Positions 31,009 through 45,406 of a stretch of 64,000 nt of DNA are shown here, in pieces; positions within the stretch are counted from its first letter, which is position 1, and each line of letters starts with the position of its first letter. A program made the position numbers and the translations under genes. The notes under the pieces are model-generated. The model had not been told where the DNA came from and searched no databases. It worked only from the letters and a program-made list of their open reading frames with translations. Source of the DNA: Octopus vulgaris. Taxonomy: Eukaryota. The stretch lies in the NCBI GenBank assembly GCA_951406725.2, contig OX597831.1:4960001-5024000 (forward strand). The letters are read 5' to 3'.

Positions 31009-31608
31009 ATATGTGTTATATATATATAAAAAAAACTGATGCGTCTAGACAATTAGACAGACAGACAGACAGATAGATAGATAAATAGTTAGATAGATAA
31101 ACATGTATATGTGTATGTATATTTGTTTATATATATATATATGTTATACTTGTATATATGTATATTTGCACATATGTATGTATACATATGTATATATTCC
31201 GTGATTATTACATATCATTATCACTATATTTTCATAACTTAATCATACTACGAATATATACACACACATATATATATGCATGCGTATATATGCATGTACG
31301 CGTGAAGGTATACAGTGTGTGTGCGCCTGATTGTAAATGTGCATGAGTGTAGTGTATGTATGTATGTGTATGTGTGTGGTTTTTGTCTATAACCATTCAT
31401 GCACGGACCTATTTTGCTTCCAATATTTAAATATTTCTTACACACACACACACACAAATACACACACGCACATATATATATTTTATTTATTTTTATACCA
31501 AATCTATATTATAATAAATATTTATTTATAGAGCATATCATTTATATACCAATAAAACGTCGGACTGAAGAGTAGACACGCACTTTAAGTTGTAAACCTG
31601 CGTGTCTC

Positions 31609-31650
<42 letters not shown>

Positions 31651-31774
31651 TGTGTGTGTGTCTGTGTGTGTGTGTTTATGTCACTGTATATATGATACAG
31701 GAGATACATACAAATACACATTTATATTATATTATATTATATTATATGATATATATATACACACACACACACAA

Positions 31775-31805
<31 letters not shown>

Positions 31806-31876
31806 CGTATATGTATGTATATATACGAACATATTTAGATACATATGTGTATATAGGATACATATATTATATACGG

Positions 31877-31912
<36 letters not shown>

Positions 31913-32552
31913 TAGATATGTGCATTTATACACAGACACGCATATACCTATATAGAATATATGTATATATATATATGCATATACACACGGGCACATAATA
32001 TGTATGTATCTGTATATGTGTGTGTATATGTGTGTATATGTGTGTATGTGTATATATATGTGTATGTGTGTGTGTGTGTGTATGTGTCTGTGTGTGTGTG
32101 TGTGTATATATGTATGTGTGTATATATATATATGTGTGTGTATATATATATATTTATATGTATATATTCATATATAATTATATGTTTGTAAATTGTTCGC
32201 TGTGATGTGAGTGTGTGTGTGAGCGTCAATGGCTGATCAGTGATGCATACATATGATCAGACCATGGTGTGTAGAGAGACGGGTGTGCAGGAGCTGTGTA
32301 TATATTGAATGTATTATACACGCCTCATTTTCTCGTATGATGCATGTTTGCCTTCAGCTGCAAATCGATATTAATTCCATGCCTCCAGCTTACCATCTAC
32401 CTAGAGAGCATCCGAGCTGCTGCTACATACGCACGTATATACATACATACAGACAGATAGACAGACAGACACAAACACATATATATACGTATATATATAT
32501 TATATGTATTACATTACATATATCTATATATCTATATATATGCGTGCGTGTT

Positions 32553-32591
<39 letters not shown>

Positions 32592-32650
32592 GTATACTGT
32601 ATATAGGTATACGTGTGTGTATGTATATACGCATGTATCTATGCATGCAT

Positions 32651-32814
<164 letters not shown>

Positions 32815-32911
32815 GTGTGGTTATGATAGTATGAAAATGTGAGCCTGTTTGTCAGTCAGTCTGTCTGACTGTCTGTCCCTCTCTCTCTCTACCTATCAAT
32901 CTATCTATCTA

Positions 32912-32944
<33 letters not shown>

Positions 32945-32946
32945 CT

Positions 32947-32981
<35 letters not shown>

Positions 32982-33205
32982 TTCTTTCTACACGTATGGA
33001 CGAGTTTAACCCCCGGCACTGTCTGTTCTTTCCGAATATCTTCAGCAGCACTGCCAGTTGGGAAAGATCAAAATATGTATGTCTGCATCCATGTCTGCGT
33101 GTGTATGTCATGTCTGTGCAAGTATGTATGTAATTAGGCACGTATATACACATAGGCATGTATGTTCCCGCTGGTATGCCAATTTGTATGTATAGATATG
33201 CACAC

Positions 33206-33238
<33 letters not shown>

Positions 33239-33457
33239 TATATATGTATAGATACATATATATTTATACATATGTGTGTGTGTGTGTGTGTTATATTTTG
33301 AACTAATGAGTATACAGGAGTAATGAGTACACCTCAGTTAGCTTGCTGATATTTTGAGTAAAGCACTGGCACACTCACATAATGGGGTCGAAACGATCGT
33401 CGTAGATAATAGAGTTATAACAATTGCGTCTTCTGTTTATTTAATATTTAATCGATC

Positions 33458-33575
<118 letters not shown>

Positions 33576-33671
33576 GTATATGTATATGTATATATATGTA
33601 TATGTATATATATGTATATGTATATGTATATATATGTATATATATATATGCATATATATATATATGTATAT

Positions 33672-33845
33672 TTGGTTTGCAAGATTCTTTATATGAGTTC
33701 GTGTGTTGAAGCATATTCTGTTGTGTCTGGGAAGCGCCATTTTCTTTTTGTGCCTTAGAATTTAACACACTCACCGGTTAAATTTCGACTGATTTCTTAC
33801 TTTTAATTTCCTAAAATTTTCGTTGCGTCTTGCAAACTTTTCAAT
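33672..33845 (+). mobile_element. (TA)n-embedded element, family F2
   Basis: tttggtttgcaagattcttt...gtgttgaagcatattctgttgtgtctggg is shared with the copy at 34805-34957. Confidence 0.75.
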
Positions 33846-34804
33846 ATATATACATATATATATGTATATGTATATGTCTTCTAAATGTTTCACGTTCTTG
33901 TCCCAGTTTGTATATTTTTTTACTTTTATATATATATATATATATACACTCACACATACACACACATATATATATATATAAATATATATACAGATGGATA
34001 TGTGTAAGTATACACCTGTTTGTATTTATGTAGCTATGAATAGTAATAACGTATGAGTGTGTGTGCGTGTCTTTGTCTCTGTTCGGCCTCCTTCAGCTTG
34101 ACAACCGTTGTTGGTTCGTTTACCTCCCAGTATCCTAGCGGTTCGGCAAAAAAAGATCGATAGAATAAGTGTCAGGTTTAACAAAAATGCACTGGAGGGC
34201 GATCCATGTTGCAGACTATTGATGGTAGCAGGTAAAAAATAAAAATACATATAGAGATATACATACTCATACGCACACGTGCGTTCACACACACACACAC
34301 ACACATTAGTGTATATATATATATGAATGTGTGTACATTGTAAAATCAGATTCCTATAGAAGATAACGTGCACAATACTAAGAGTAGACAAATAGACGCA
34401 TAATGGTCATATACACCCTACGTAATTATGTTGTTTGGGGTGGTTTTTAGGGCGTTATGTTTATCTTATGTATATAAAAATTTCACGTTGCATATATGGA
34501 AACAGAGAGAGAAAGCGAGAGAGAGAGAGAGAGAGAGCACATGCACATTTACACACACACACATACACACACGCACACACACACATATATAGATATATAT
34601 GCTCGAAATGAGGAGTAGCTAGACAGCTGACAATTGATGAAGGGTCGTTCTTTGTGTAACTTGTCCCGTTTTTCCATTTGCTTCTCTCGTTGTTTGCGTA
34701 TTGAACTCATTTGTTTTCGTAGTTCATGTTGTTTACAGTTGGTGACGTCCTGTATATGCATGTATATATATACATGTTTATATATATATATATATATATA
34801 TATA

Positions 34805-34957
34805 ACGTTTTTGGATTTGGTTTGCAAGATTCTTTATGTGAGTTCGTGTGTTGAAGCATATTCTGTTGTGTCTGGGGAGAGTCATTTTCCTTTTGTGCCA
34901 ATGAGTGTGTTAAATTATAAGGCACAAAAAGAAAATGACCCTCCCCAGACAAAACAG
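34805..34957 (+). mobile_element. (TA)n-embedded element, family F2, with inverted segment
   Basis: 34863-34899 is inverted at 34921-34957; the intervening sequence is antisense of the 33750-33772 region. Confidence 0.75.
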
Positions 34958-35031
34958 TGTATATATATATATATATATATATATGCATATATATATATGC
35001 ATATATATATGCATATTTTTATATATATATA

Positions 35032-35091
<60 letters not shown>

Positions 35092-35340
35092 CACATATGT
35101 ATAATATAATATATATATACATATGTATAATACATATGCGTATGAAATGTGTGTGTATGTATACATATATTGCTAGATATATGCATATAGCTGCATATTT
35201 CCCTGCATATACATAAATATCTGCACAAACACACATAAACACACACACACACACACATCTATCACACAATTAGAGAAGCATACGCATGTGTATAAATATA
35301 CTACAATACATGCATATATCTCTTTGTAAACATACATTTG

Positions 35341-35372
<32 letters not shown>

Positions 35373-35466
35373 TATATACACATACGCACACCAATGTGTA
35401 CGTATGTACACACCCATTGACACATAGACAAACACGCGTGCGTACACATACATACACACACACAAA

Positions 35467-35545
<79 letters not shown>

Positions 35546-36257
35546 TCACACAGTTACATTGTTACTTCCTATAGAAATATTTGACGAATGACAACATCTA
35601 AGAACGAAACAATCCTATAGAAACGAAGAATTTCGTTCCGTTCAAGCTACTGTGATTGGTCGGGCAATTAACTCCGCTCTGCCGTTTCAATAGTCTAATC
35701 GTTCAGCTATTCGCTGTTTACTAACAACCCGGTCTCTTAGCCCTCATCATATTTCCCCGTCACAAAGCCAACAGATCTCCCCCACCACTCTCTTCTGCTC
35801 ACATCATTTCTGTCTGTCTGTCTGTCTTTCTACTTGTCTGTCTGTCTATCTATCTGTCTATCTATCTATCTATCAAGCTTTTTTGTTTCTATCTATCTGT
35901 CTATCTGTCTAACAATTTATCTACTCAGCAAATTTTCAATTCTTTTATCTATCGATATGTGTGTGTGTACACACAAATATGTCTGTGTCTATCGATATAA
36001 ATATATGTATATATTGGTGTGTGAGTGGCGATGTGCACACACAAACACACACATATATATATATATATACATATACAGGCGCATATATGTATATGCATAT
36101 ATATATATGTGGGGGGTGTATATATATATACATACATACATACATACATACATACATACACACACACATACACACATACATACATACATACATACATACA
36201 TACATACATACATACATACATACATACATACATAAACATACGCACACACGTATATTG

Positions 36258-36476
36258 TTTTACTTGTTTCGGTCATTTGATTACGGTAATACTGGAGCAC
36301 CGCCTTTTAGTCTAACAAATTAAAGCCAGGACTTATTCTTTATAAGCTTAGTACTTATTCTATCGATCGCTATTGCCGAACCGATGAGGTATGAAGGCGT
36401 AAACACACCAACATCGGTTGTCAAGCGATGGTGGGGTAACAAACACAAACACATAAATAAATTCATATATATATAA

Positions 36477-36517
<41 letters not shown>

Positions 36518-36676
36518 CGAAGGGTTTCTTTTAGCTTCCGTCTACTAAATCCACTCACAAGTCTTTGGTCGGCCTCAGGCTATAGCAGAAGACACTTGGC
36601 CATGTTGCCACATAGTGGGACTGAACCCGGAACCATGTGGTTGGGAAGCAAGCTTCTTATTACACAGCCACTCCTG
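36258..36676 (-). mobile_element. SINE family A copy
   Basis: Reverse complement of family A. Confidence 0.9.
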
Positions 36677-36712
36677 TATATACATACATACATACATACA
36701 TACATACATACG

Positions 36713-36784
<72 letters not shown>

Positions 36785-36892
36785 TATATACATATATATG
36801 TATATATATATATTATGTAAATATATATATATATATATATATGTATATGTAGATATATTTATATATATGTATGTATGTATATACACTTGCGA

Positions 36893-36923
<31 letters not shown>

Positions 36924-38127
36924 GGACAGATATTTAGCAGAGGGTGTAGAGAGAGAAGCCGCCCAACAATGCAGTGCTCAAAACGCCGTGAAAAGAACTC
37001 AATACATGTAGCAGAGTAGAGTAGCTTTTAGTGAAATTTAAATCTTCAGAAATTACGGTTTTTGAATCGTGTCTTAATAACTAGTTTTTATCGAAGGGCG
37101 ACAGAAAAGTTTCCCATATTTTGCTAATCAAGAATAATGAATATAGGAGTTATTTCTGTCGCATCCTGTATTTTCTCTATCCCTTTTCTTTTGTTTTGTT
37201 TCTTTAAAAGAAAAACCAATCATAAATCACGAAAAATAAAATCCATTTAATATCGATATTAACAACAAAAACTATGCCACTGTATAAAACAAACCAGTTC
37301 AAAGTTTATCTTGTAAATATTTCGTTTTAATTAAATGACTAATACCGACTTATAGCGCTAAAAATATTTTTGAGTGTGATGTGTACGCTAAAACTATAAA
37401 CTATATAGGGGGTTGCTCGTCATTCAGTCCTTAAGTATTTTAAAATAACCCTGTAAAATATGTTTATGGAATTATAAATAAATAAATTTATGTAATTATT
37501 CATATATCAACGCTCATCGTTACAATATATGTAAGGCTTTTCTTTTTGTTTCCTTCTTTAGTCTCTTTCAAAATACTTAATAGTCACTGATGCTATTAAT
37601 CCTTAAAACCCAGATGTACTTTGACATACTTGTGTCGAACAATCAGTTTTTCTGAAATAATGAATAGAAGAATCGTAATCAAATCGATATAGTTTTTTAG
37701 AAACTAGATTATCGGCTGTAAATAGCTTGGCGCCAATAAATTATTGATTTCGAAAGACAGGAATTATTTAATGGACAATTTACAGGATTAAAACAATTCC
37801 AAATAGAGAGGAACTGGGTGTAGGATTCCAAAATTGTATTAATCATTCCTTTGTCGTATAATTATGTGTACAGCTAAAGCTTAATTTGACGTTGTTTTTG
37901 TTGAAAACCTTACAATATTTAGATCAGTTCAAATATGCTTGGGACATACTTGACCTGCTAAAACACTGTTTTCACAGGTCAAATATGTCACAAATATTTC
38001 TGAACTCGTCTAAATGTCTGTTTAATTCACAACACAGCTTTCACGTGCCTTTTTTTTTTTTGCAATATTTATGACTTATCAGGGAAATATTTATCTGAGA
38101 AAAATATTCAACCATACTTTGTACTCT

Positions 38128-38542
38128 TTATTTACTCTTTACTCTTTTACTTGTTTCAGTCATTTGACTACGGCCATGCTGGAGCACCGCCTTTAGTCGA
38201 GCAAATAGACCCCGGGACATATTCTTTGTAAGCCCAGTACCTATTCTATCGGTCTCTTTTGCCGAACCGCTAAGTGACGAGGACGCAAACACACCAGCAT
38301 CGGTTGTCAAGCAATGCTAGGGGGACAAACACAGACACACAAACATATACACACACACTTATATATGTATACATATATACGACAGGCTTCTTTAAGTTTC
38401 CGTCTACCAAATCCACTCGCAAGGCATTGGTCGGCCCGAGGCTATAACAGAAGACACTTGCCCAAGATGCCACGCAGTGGGACTGAACTCGGAACCATGT
38501 GGCTGGTTAGCAAGCTACTTACCACACAGCCACTCCTGCGCC
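38128..38542 (-). mobile_element. SINE family A copy, full length
   Basis: Reverse complement of family A; flanked by ctgagaaaaatatt repeats. Confidence 0.92.
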
Positions 38543-38584
38543 TGAGAAAAATATTCTGAGAAAAATATTCAACCATACTTTGTA

Positions 38585-38720
38585 CTCTTTTTTACTCTTT
38601 ACACTTTTACTTGTTTCAGTCATTTGACTGCGGCCATGCTGGAGCACCGCCTTTAGTCGAGCAAATCGACCCCAGGACTTATTCTTTGTAAGCCTAATAC
38701 TTATTCTGTCGGTCTCTTTT
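38585..38720 (-). mobile_element. SINE family A 3' fragment
   Basis: Reverse complement of the tail. Confidence 0.88.
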
Positions 38721-38839
38721 ATATAATAATTTTACGTTCTGTTATACACAGTCTGAGAATTAGTTGTTTTATTATTATTAGTTAATTTATATTTAGTATT
38801 GGGGGCGGGTTACAAATATAGACGATCTGTACTGCGTGA

Positions 38840-39080
38840 GCGAATTTGGTATACGGAAACTGTATGAAACCTGTCGTATATATATATATGTGTGTGTGCG
38901 TGCGTATGTGTGTGTGTGTGTGTGTTAGTGTTTGCGTATGTATCCTTACGTTTGACCTGACATCACCACTTGACAACGGGTTCGTTTACGTCCCCGTTAA
39001 GTAGCGGTTCGACGAAAGAAACTATTAAAATAGCAATTTCGACTAAACCCTTCGAGGTGGTGCCCAACCATGACTGCAGT
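38840..39080 (+). mobile_element. SINE family A, diverged
   Basis: atttggtatacggaaactg...gtttacgtccccg...agcggttcg. Confidence 0.7.
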
Positions 39081-39092
39081 AACTGTAGAAAT

Positions 39093-39139
<47 letters not shown>

Positions 39140-39360
39140 ATAGAACACAAATACACACACACGTATGTGTGTGTGTGTGTGTTGACTAGGACTTCGTTTC
39201 GCCTAATGGTATAATGAATCAATCTGAATGACGGAGCCGTCAAATAAACCTAATCTCCAATCGCCAGCCCTTCAATAAATGTCTTGTTGTTATTCTTAAA
39301 CTCGTTTTAAACAATAAGCCCTCAAAATTGCTGGCCTTGTGCCAAGATGTAAAACTATTC

Positions 39361-39910
39361 TAAGGCGGTGAACTGGCAGAATCCTGAGCACGTCAGGCAA
39401 ACTGTTTAACAGCATTTGTCCTTTACATTCTGGGCTCAAATTTCACCTAGGTCGATTTTGTCTTTCATCCTTTTGGGGTGGATAAATTAAGAACCAGTTG
39501 ACTCCTGGAGTCAGTGCAATGAACTTACTCATTTCCCGGACTTCCTGGCCTTGGGACAAGGCGGTGAGCTGGCAGAATCGTGAGCACGTCAGGCAAACTG
39601 TTTAACGACATTTCGTCCTTTACGTTCTGTGTTCAAATTCTGTCGAGGTCGACTTTGTCTTTCATAAATTCGGGGGTCGATAAATTAAGTACCAGTTGAG
39701 TCCTGGGGTCAGTGCAATCGACTTACCCATTTCCCGAACTTGCGTTGGCAGAATCGTAACAATGTGGGGCAAAATGCGTTCTGCGTTTAAATTCCGACTA
39801 TGCCTTTCATCATTTGGGGGTGGATAAAATAAATACCAGTAGTGAACTGGGGTCGACGTAATCGACTTCCGCTTCCACTCAAAATTGCTACCCTTTTCCC
39901 AAAATTAGTA
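39361..39910 (+). mobile_element. SINE family B-like tandem multimer (about 3 units)
   Basis: aaggcggtgaactggcagaatc at about 39362 and 39559, plus a third partial unit. Confidence 0.85.
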
Positions 39911-40089
39911 AGCATTATTTATTGGACGAAATGCTGAATACAACCTGGGTGCAAGGGTGCCTGATGTATTATTCCTCTCTGCTCAGTAACATATGTAAAC
40001 CGAAATCTCGTATACTTAACCGGATATGCCCACCCCCACTGTAATTGCCCACCCTAGACACACTGGGGACAATCTTAGCTGCTTAATAG

Positions 40090-40157
40090 CAGTTTGATGA
40101 TGTTGATGATGATTGTGCTGGTGGTTCTAATAACAACGAGCAGAATGGTGATGACGA

Positions 40158-40202
<45 letters not shown>

Positions 40203-40276
40203 TGATGATGATGATGATTCATGATGATGATGATGATGATGATGGTGGTGGTGATGACGACAACGACGACGACGAC

Positions 40277-40313
<37 letters not shown>

Positions 40314-42295
40314 GTGGTGACGACAACGACGACGACGACGATGATGACGATGATGATGATGATGATGATGATGATGGTAGTGGTGGTTGTAGTGGTGGTG
40401 GTGGTGGTGTTGATTATGGTCGTGGTGGTGAAGATGGTGATGATGATTATGGAGGTGGTGGTGGTGGATGGGGATCGTGGTGGTGGCGGTGGGGGGGGGG
40501 GGGGCGGTGGCGTTGACGTTTTATAACTACAAGTGTAATTGTTGGTGGTAGAGATGTTGATGATGATGATGATGATGATGATGCTAATGACGGCGATAAT
40601 AATGATGATGTTGGTATTTTTTCTTTTTTTTTCTTTTTTCTTTTTATTGCTTTTTGTTTTGTTTCAAGTTGTAATATTAGTATATAATTGCTAATGAAAA
40701 GCGTGAAGCGATTCAAGATCAAAGGACGATTCCCCGCCGCCATCCCCCACCCCTCGTCACAACAACAACAAGAACAACAACAACAACGACATCAACAGCA
40801 GCAGCAGCAACCACTACAACAATTTAACATGGCTGATAAACACTAGAAATATTGTTAGAGACAACAGAACAGAAACAATGTAACAGCAACAACAAGAACA
40901 ACATTCTGAAGGTGGCGGTGGTAGTGGTGGTTGTGATGGTGGCGGTGGCGGTGGTTGTGGTGGTGGCGGCGGCGACGATGAGAACGACAGTGGTGGTAGT
41001 GACGATGAGGGTGGTGGTGGTGGTGATAGTGGTGGTGGTGATAGTGACGATGATGATGATGGTACTGGTGGTAGTGGTGGTGATGGTGGTAATGTTGGAA
41101 GGGGTGGTAGTGATGGTGGTAATGGTTGTGGTAGTGGTGGTGGTGGTGGAGGTTGTGCTGGCGACGATAGTGGTGGTGGTGGTAGTGGTGATGGGGTGGT
41201 TGTGGTAATGGTGGGAGTGGCGATAGTGATGATGGTAATGGTTGTGGTGTGGTGGTGGTGGTGGTGGTGGAGGTTGTGCTGGCGACGATAGTGGTGGTGG
41301 TGGTAGTGTTGATGGGGGTGGTTGTGGTAATAGTGGGAGTGGCGATAGTGATGATGGTAATGGTTGTGGTAGTGGTGGTGATGGTGGTGATGGTGGCAAT
41401 GCTGGAAGTGGTGGTAGTGATGGTGGTAGTGGTGGTGGTAGTGATGATAGTGGTGATGGGGGTGGTTATGGTAATGGTGGGAGTGGTAGTAGTGATGGTG
41501 GTAATGGTTGTGGGAGTGGTAGTGGTGGTGGTAGTGGTGAGGACTGTGTTATTTTGACTATGGGTGTGGTGTGTGTTACGTTTAGGGATGGTGGTGGGTG
41601 TTAAAAATACCTTGAGTCTATTGTGTGTGTTTGCGTGTTTGTGTATGTATGTATGTGTATATATATATATTTATGTTAGTGTGTAAGTGTATATATTTGG
41701 TTGTGTGACTGCAAGTGTATAAAAAGAAGGGATAGAGAGAAAGAGAGAAAGAGGGAAGAGAAGAGAGAGGGAAGAGAGAGAGAGAGAGGGGGGGATAAAA
41801 CGTGGGAAAATAGTGGCCAAAATCTTTTTTAAAGGGAGTGGGTGGTGAAGTAATTGGGTCGGAGTACGAGCCCCTACCATCATCGTCTCCACCACCACTA
41901 CCATCACCATCATCATCAACACTACCATTACGGCCATAGCCACCACCATTATCACCACCACCACCACCACCACCATCATGATCGTCATCAACACGAGCAG
42001 CGCACCCACCATAACCATTATCGTTACCGCCGTCGCCATCGTCAGCATCCCCTCCAGCAGCAGCAGCATCACCGTCACCACACCACCGTCACCAACTGCA
42101 GCAGTGGCAGCAACACCACCATCACTCCCACCACCACTATTTGTACTTCATCTTGAATCACTAGCAAGCATGAAATTGTTGCTGTTGATGTCGATGTTGT
42201 TGTTGTTGTTGTTGATGACGATGATGATGATGATGATGATAATGAGGAGGAGGAGCTGATGAAGGCGATGACAACGATTACAACGACGCCTTGCT
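40090..42295. repeat. Trinucleotide-derived low-complexity block (GAT/GAC/GGT/CAC/CAA)
   Basis: Direct reading; includes an internal duplication of about 120 bp near 41140-41370. Confidence 0.9.
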
Positions 42296-42577
42296 GAGTC
42301 ACGTGTTGTTAGCGAACATTATGTGGAGTGGTGGTCACTTGGAAGCAACCACAAATACTGTCCGGCCTAACGGGCAGACTAATTCACCCTAGAACTGTGC
42401 TGTCTTCGAGCCGACAACATGTGTTGCCGGTCAGATAGTGTAACAGGTAACCACCAGAGAGGTTAGGAGATCGTTTCTTGTTAATGTTACCGAGTTAGAT
42501 AATTGCATGTCCGTAACATAATTACCACCTTTAAAATAGCTATCATAAATATTACGCAGTTCAATCAGCCGTAAATA

Positions 42578-42816
42578 GATACCTATTTCTTTATTGCCCT
42601 CAAGGGGCTAAACACAGAGAGGACAAACAAGGACAGACAACGGGATTAAGTCGATTATATCGACAACAGTACGTAACTGGTACTTATTTAATCGACCCCG
42701 AAAGGATGAAAGGCAAAGTCGACCTTGGCGGAATTTGAACTCAGAACGTAACGGCAGACGAAATACGGCGACGTATTTCGCACGGCGTGCTTAACGTTTC
42801 TGCCAGCTCGCCGCCC
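42578..42816 (-). mobile_element. SINE family B copy
   Basis: Reverse complement of family B from head to tail. Confidence 0.92.
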
Positions 42817-43074
42817 TGTCACAAACGAGTGTCTGTATCACGTGGACCATCCTTATCCGACATATCCAACCGCTACAAAATTATACGCCATGGTTTTGTT
42901 CAATTTGCTTGCTTGATTATTTCAGTCTCTACGATAATTAAGCAGTAAATAATGTAACTAGCAATTATAGTTAGCTTTCACTTACATGAATATTCCTCAC
43001 TGGGTGGCGGAAAGGCCCAATGCGTGACGTTTTTATGAATGTTGTAAGTGGCTAGAGTAGTTAAAGCGTTGGGG

Positions 43075-43209
<135 letters not shown>

Positions 43210-43274
43210 AAGAAAGAGGGAAAGGGCGAGAGAGAGAGAAAGTATTATCGCCCCAACGCTAACTATATATATAT

Positions 43275-43640
43275 ACTCTTTTACTCTTACTCTTTTACTC
43301 TTTTATTTGTTTCAGTCATTTGACTGCAGCCATGCTGGAGCACCGCCTTTAGTCAAGCAAATCGACCCCAGGACTTATTCTTTGTAAGCCTAGTACTTAT
43401 TCTAGGTTGTCAAGCGATGTTGGGGGGACAAACACAGACACACAAACATATACACACACACACATATATATATATACGACAGGCTTCTTTCAGTTTCCGT
43501 CTACCAAATCCACTCACAAGGGTTTGGTTGGCGCGAGGCTATAGCAGAGGACACTTGCCCAAGGTGCCATGCCGTGGGACTGAACCCGGGACCATGTGGT
43601 TGGTAAGCAAGCTACTTACCACACAGCCACTCATGCGCCT
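43275..43640 (-). mobile_element. SINE family A copy
   Basis: Reverse complement of family A with an internal deletion. Confidence 0.9.
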
Positions 43641-44055
43641 TGAACAATTGTCTTTCAGTTAGTGTTGTTTTGATGTCTTGAAGACGATGGTCCCGAGTAG
43701 TTCTATCAGACTTTATTATGCAATTCCTTTTTTGTCAAATTAAAGGGGATATTATTTTGATATGTTTCAGGTGGCATGAGCTAAGAAGGAGATATTGCTT
43801 CGAGTCCGTTGGTTTACGATAAATGTCAGCTATAATTTGGTTGTTGACTTTTTTTTATCATGATATCCGAAAATGGGAGCTGTGTGTCATATTCCATTGT
43901 GAATTGAACGTTACTATTTATATCATTTAGTGGTCATTTTTAGTCCAAAAGTTTGTCAGTGGTCTCCTTTCAAATCATAAAACAGTCATCCAGGTATCTT
44001 TTCCAGCTTTCCCTTATGTACTGGGGAGATGGATAACCATATTTTTGAAATGGCA

Positions 44056-44151
<96 letters not shown>

Positions 44152-44154
<3 letters not shown>

Positions 44155-44985
44155 CTATGAATGACCATGGGATTGCACCTAGAAAGTTCCATTTCGATGC
44201 ACAAGTTCAGGTAAGGTTGAATCAGTAATCACCCATGCATATCCATCTCACATCTCCAAGCCATTGATGTTATCCAAAAGAAAAGCTAAAACCGATACAG
44301 CTTGGCACCAATGACTTCGCAACTCATTTCTACAGCTGAGTGAACTGGAGCAACATGAAATAAAGTATCTTGCTCAAGAACACAGCACACAGCCCAGTCG
44401 CGAAATACTTTTTTCCCACGAGAGTTCCGGACCCCAGTAATGAACTTATTTGCATACAGCCAATCAGAGCTCACCATGATCCTGTTGTCAAGGTAACAAA
44501 CACACTCTCCCAAATAAACTAAAGACGAAGAACTGTGTTGTAAGTCGACCGATCGCCAAGTTATGCCTGATTTTAGAAGGAGACAAGTGATTAGAGAGAT
44601 TTGCATCCATACCTATTATCGGATTTTGTTAGGGCCCCATATGGTAAAGATGTGGGTAGAAGGTGATGTGCTAGCAACCCTCTCCCATTACTGTTTTACA
44701 TAATAAACAACACAAATAACCATGCAGTGGCAGCCATGGTGAAAACAAGAACAAGAACATTATTAAAAGCGTGGTCATTCCTTACCCAAGTGACCTTATC
44801 GCTCATCCCTTGTTATGCGCTCATAAATTAGTTTGATAGCTGAGCTCTGATTAGCTGTATGCAAATGAGTTCATAACTGGGGTTTGGAATTCTAGTGGGA
44901 AAAAATTTTCACAGTCAAGTCTGGGAATCGAACTCACAACCACATGAGTGTAAGCCTGACGCTGTAACCACTGAGTCACGCACCT
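44152..44985 (-). mobile_element. SINE family C (tRNA head, CORE-like box) interrupted by a MITE
   Basis: Head ggtgcgtgactcagtggtt...gagttcgattccc at 44985-44920; body gtgttcttgagcaagatactttatttcatgttgctccagttcactcagctg continues below 44399. Confidence 0.75.
44400..44912. mobile_element. MITE / non-autonomous DNA transposon with about 73-bp TIRs
   Basis: 44400-44473 is an imperfect reverse complement of 44841-44912; AGTC occurs on both sides (possible TSD). Confidence 0.82.
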
Positions 44986-45004
44986 GAGTGTATATGTATA
45001 TATA

Positions 45005-45406
45005 CAGGAGTGGCTGTGTGGTAACAAACCACATGGTTCCGGGTTCAGTCCCACTGCATGGCATCTTGGGCAAGTGTCTTCTGCTATAGCCCCGGGCCGA
45101 CCAATGCCTTGTGAGTGGATTTGGTAGACGGAAACTGAAAGAAGCCTGTCGTATATATGTATATATATATATGTATGTGTGTGTGTGTTTGTGTGTCTGT
45201 GTTTGTCCCCCTAGCATTGCTTGACAACCGATGCTGGTGTGTTTACGTCCCCGTAACTTAGCGGTTCGGCAAAAGAGACCGATAGAATAAGTACTGGGCT
45301 TACAAAGAATAAGTCCCGGGGCCGATTTGCTCGACTAAAGGTGGTGCTCCAGCATGGCCGCAGTCAAATGACTGAAACAAGTAAAAGCGTAAAAGAGTAA
45401 AAGAGT
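45005..45406 (+). mobile_element. SINE family A copy
   Basis: Near full length. Confidence 0.92.

Noticed and set aside
37020-38090. 1-kb microsatellite-free stretch as a possible exon
   Set aside because: AT-rich with no convincing ORF or motif
40094-42302. Poly-D/G/T/V/H ORFs resembling low-complexity proteins
   Set aside because: Open in several frames on both strands because of trinucleotide repeats; no domain or splice support
43417-43662. Recurrent ORF ...RQASFSFRLPNPLTR...[19 protein letters not shown] seen at several loci
   Set aside because: Antisense translation of SINE A, not a protein family
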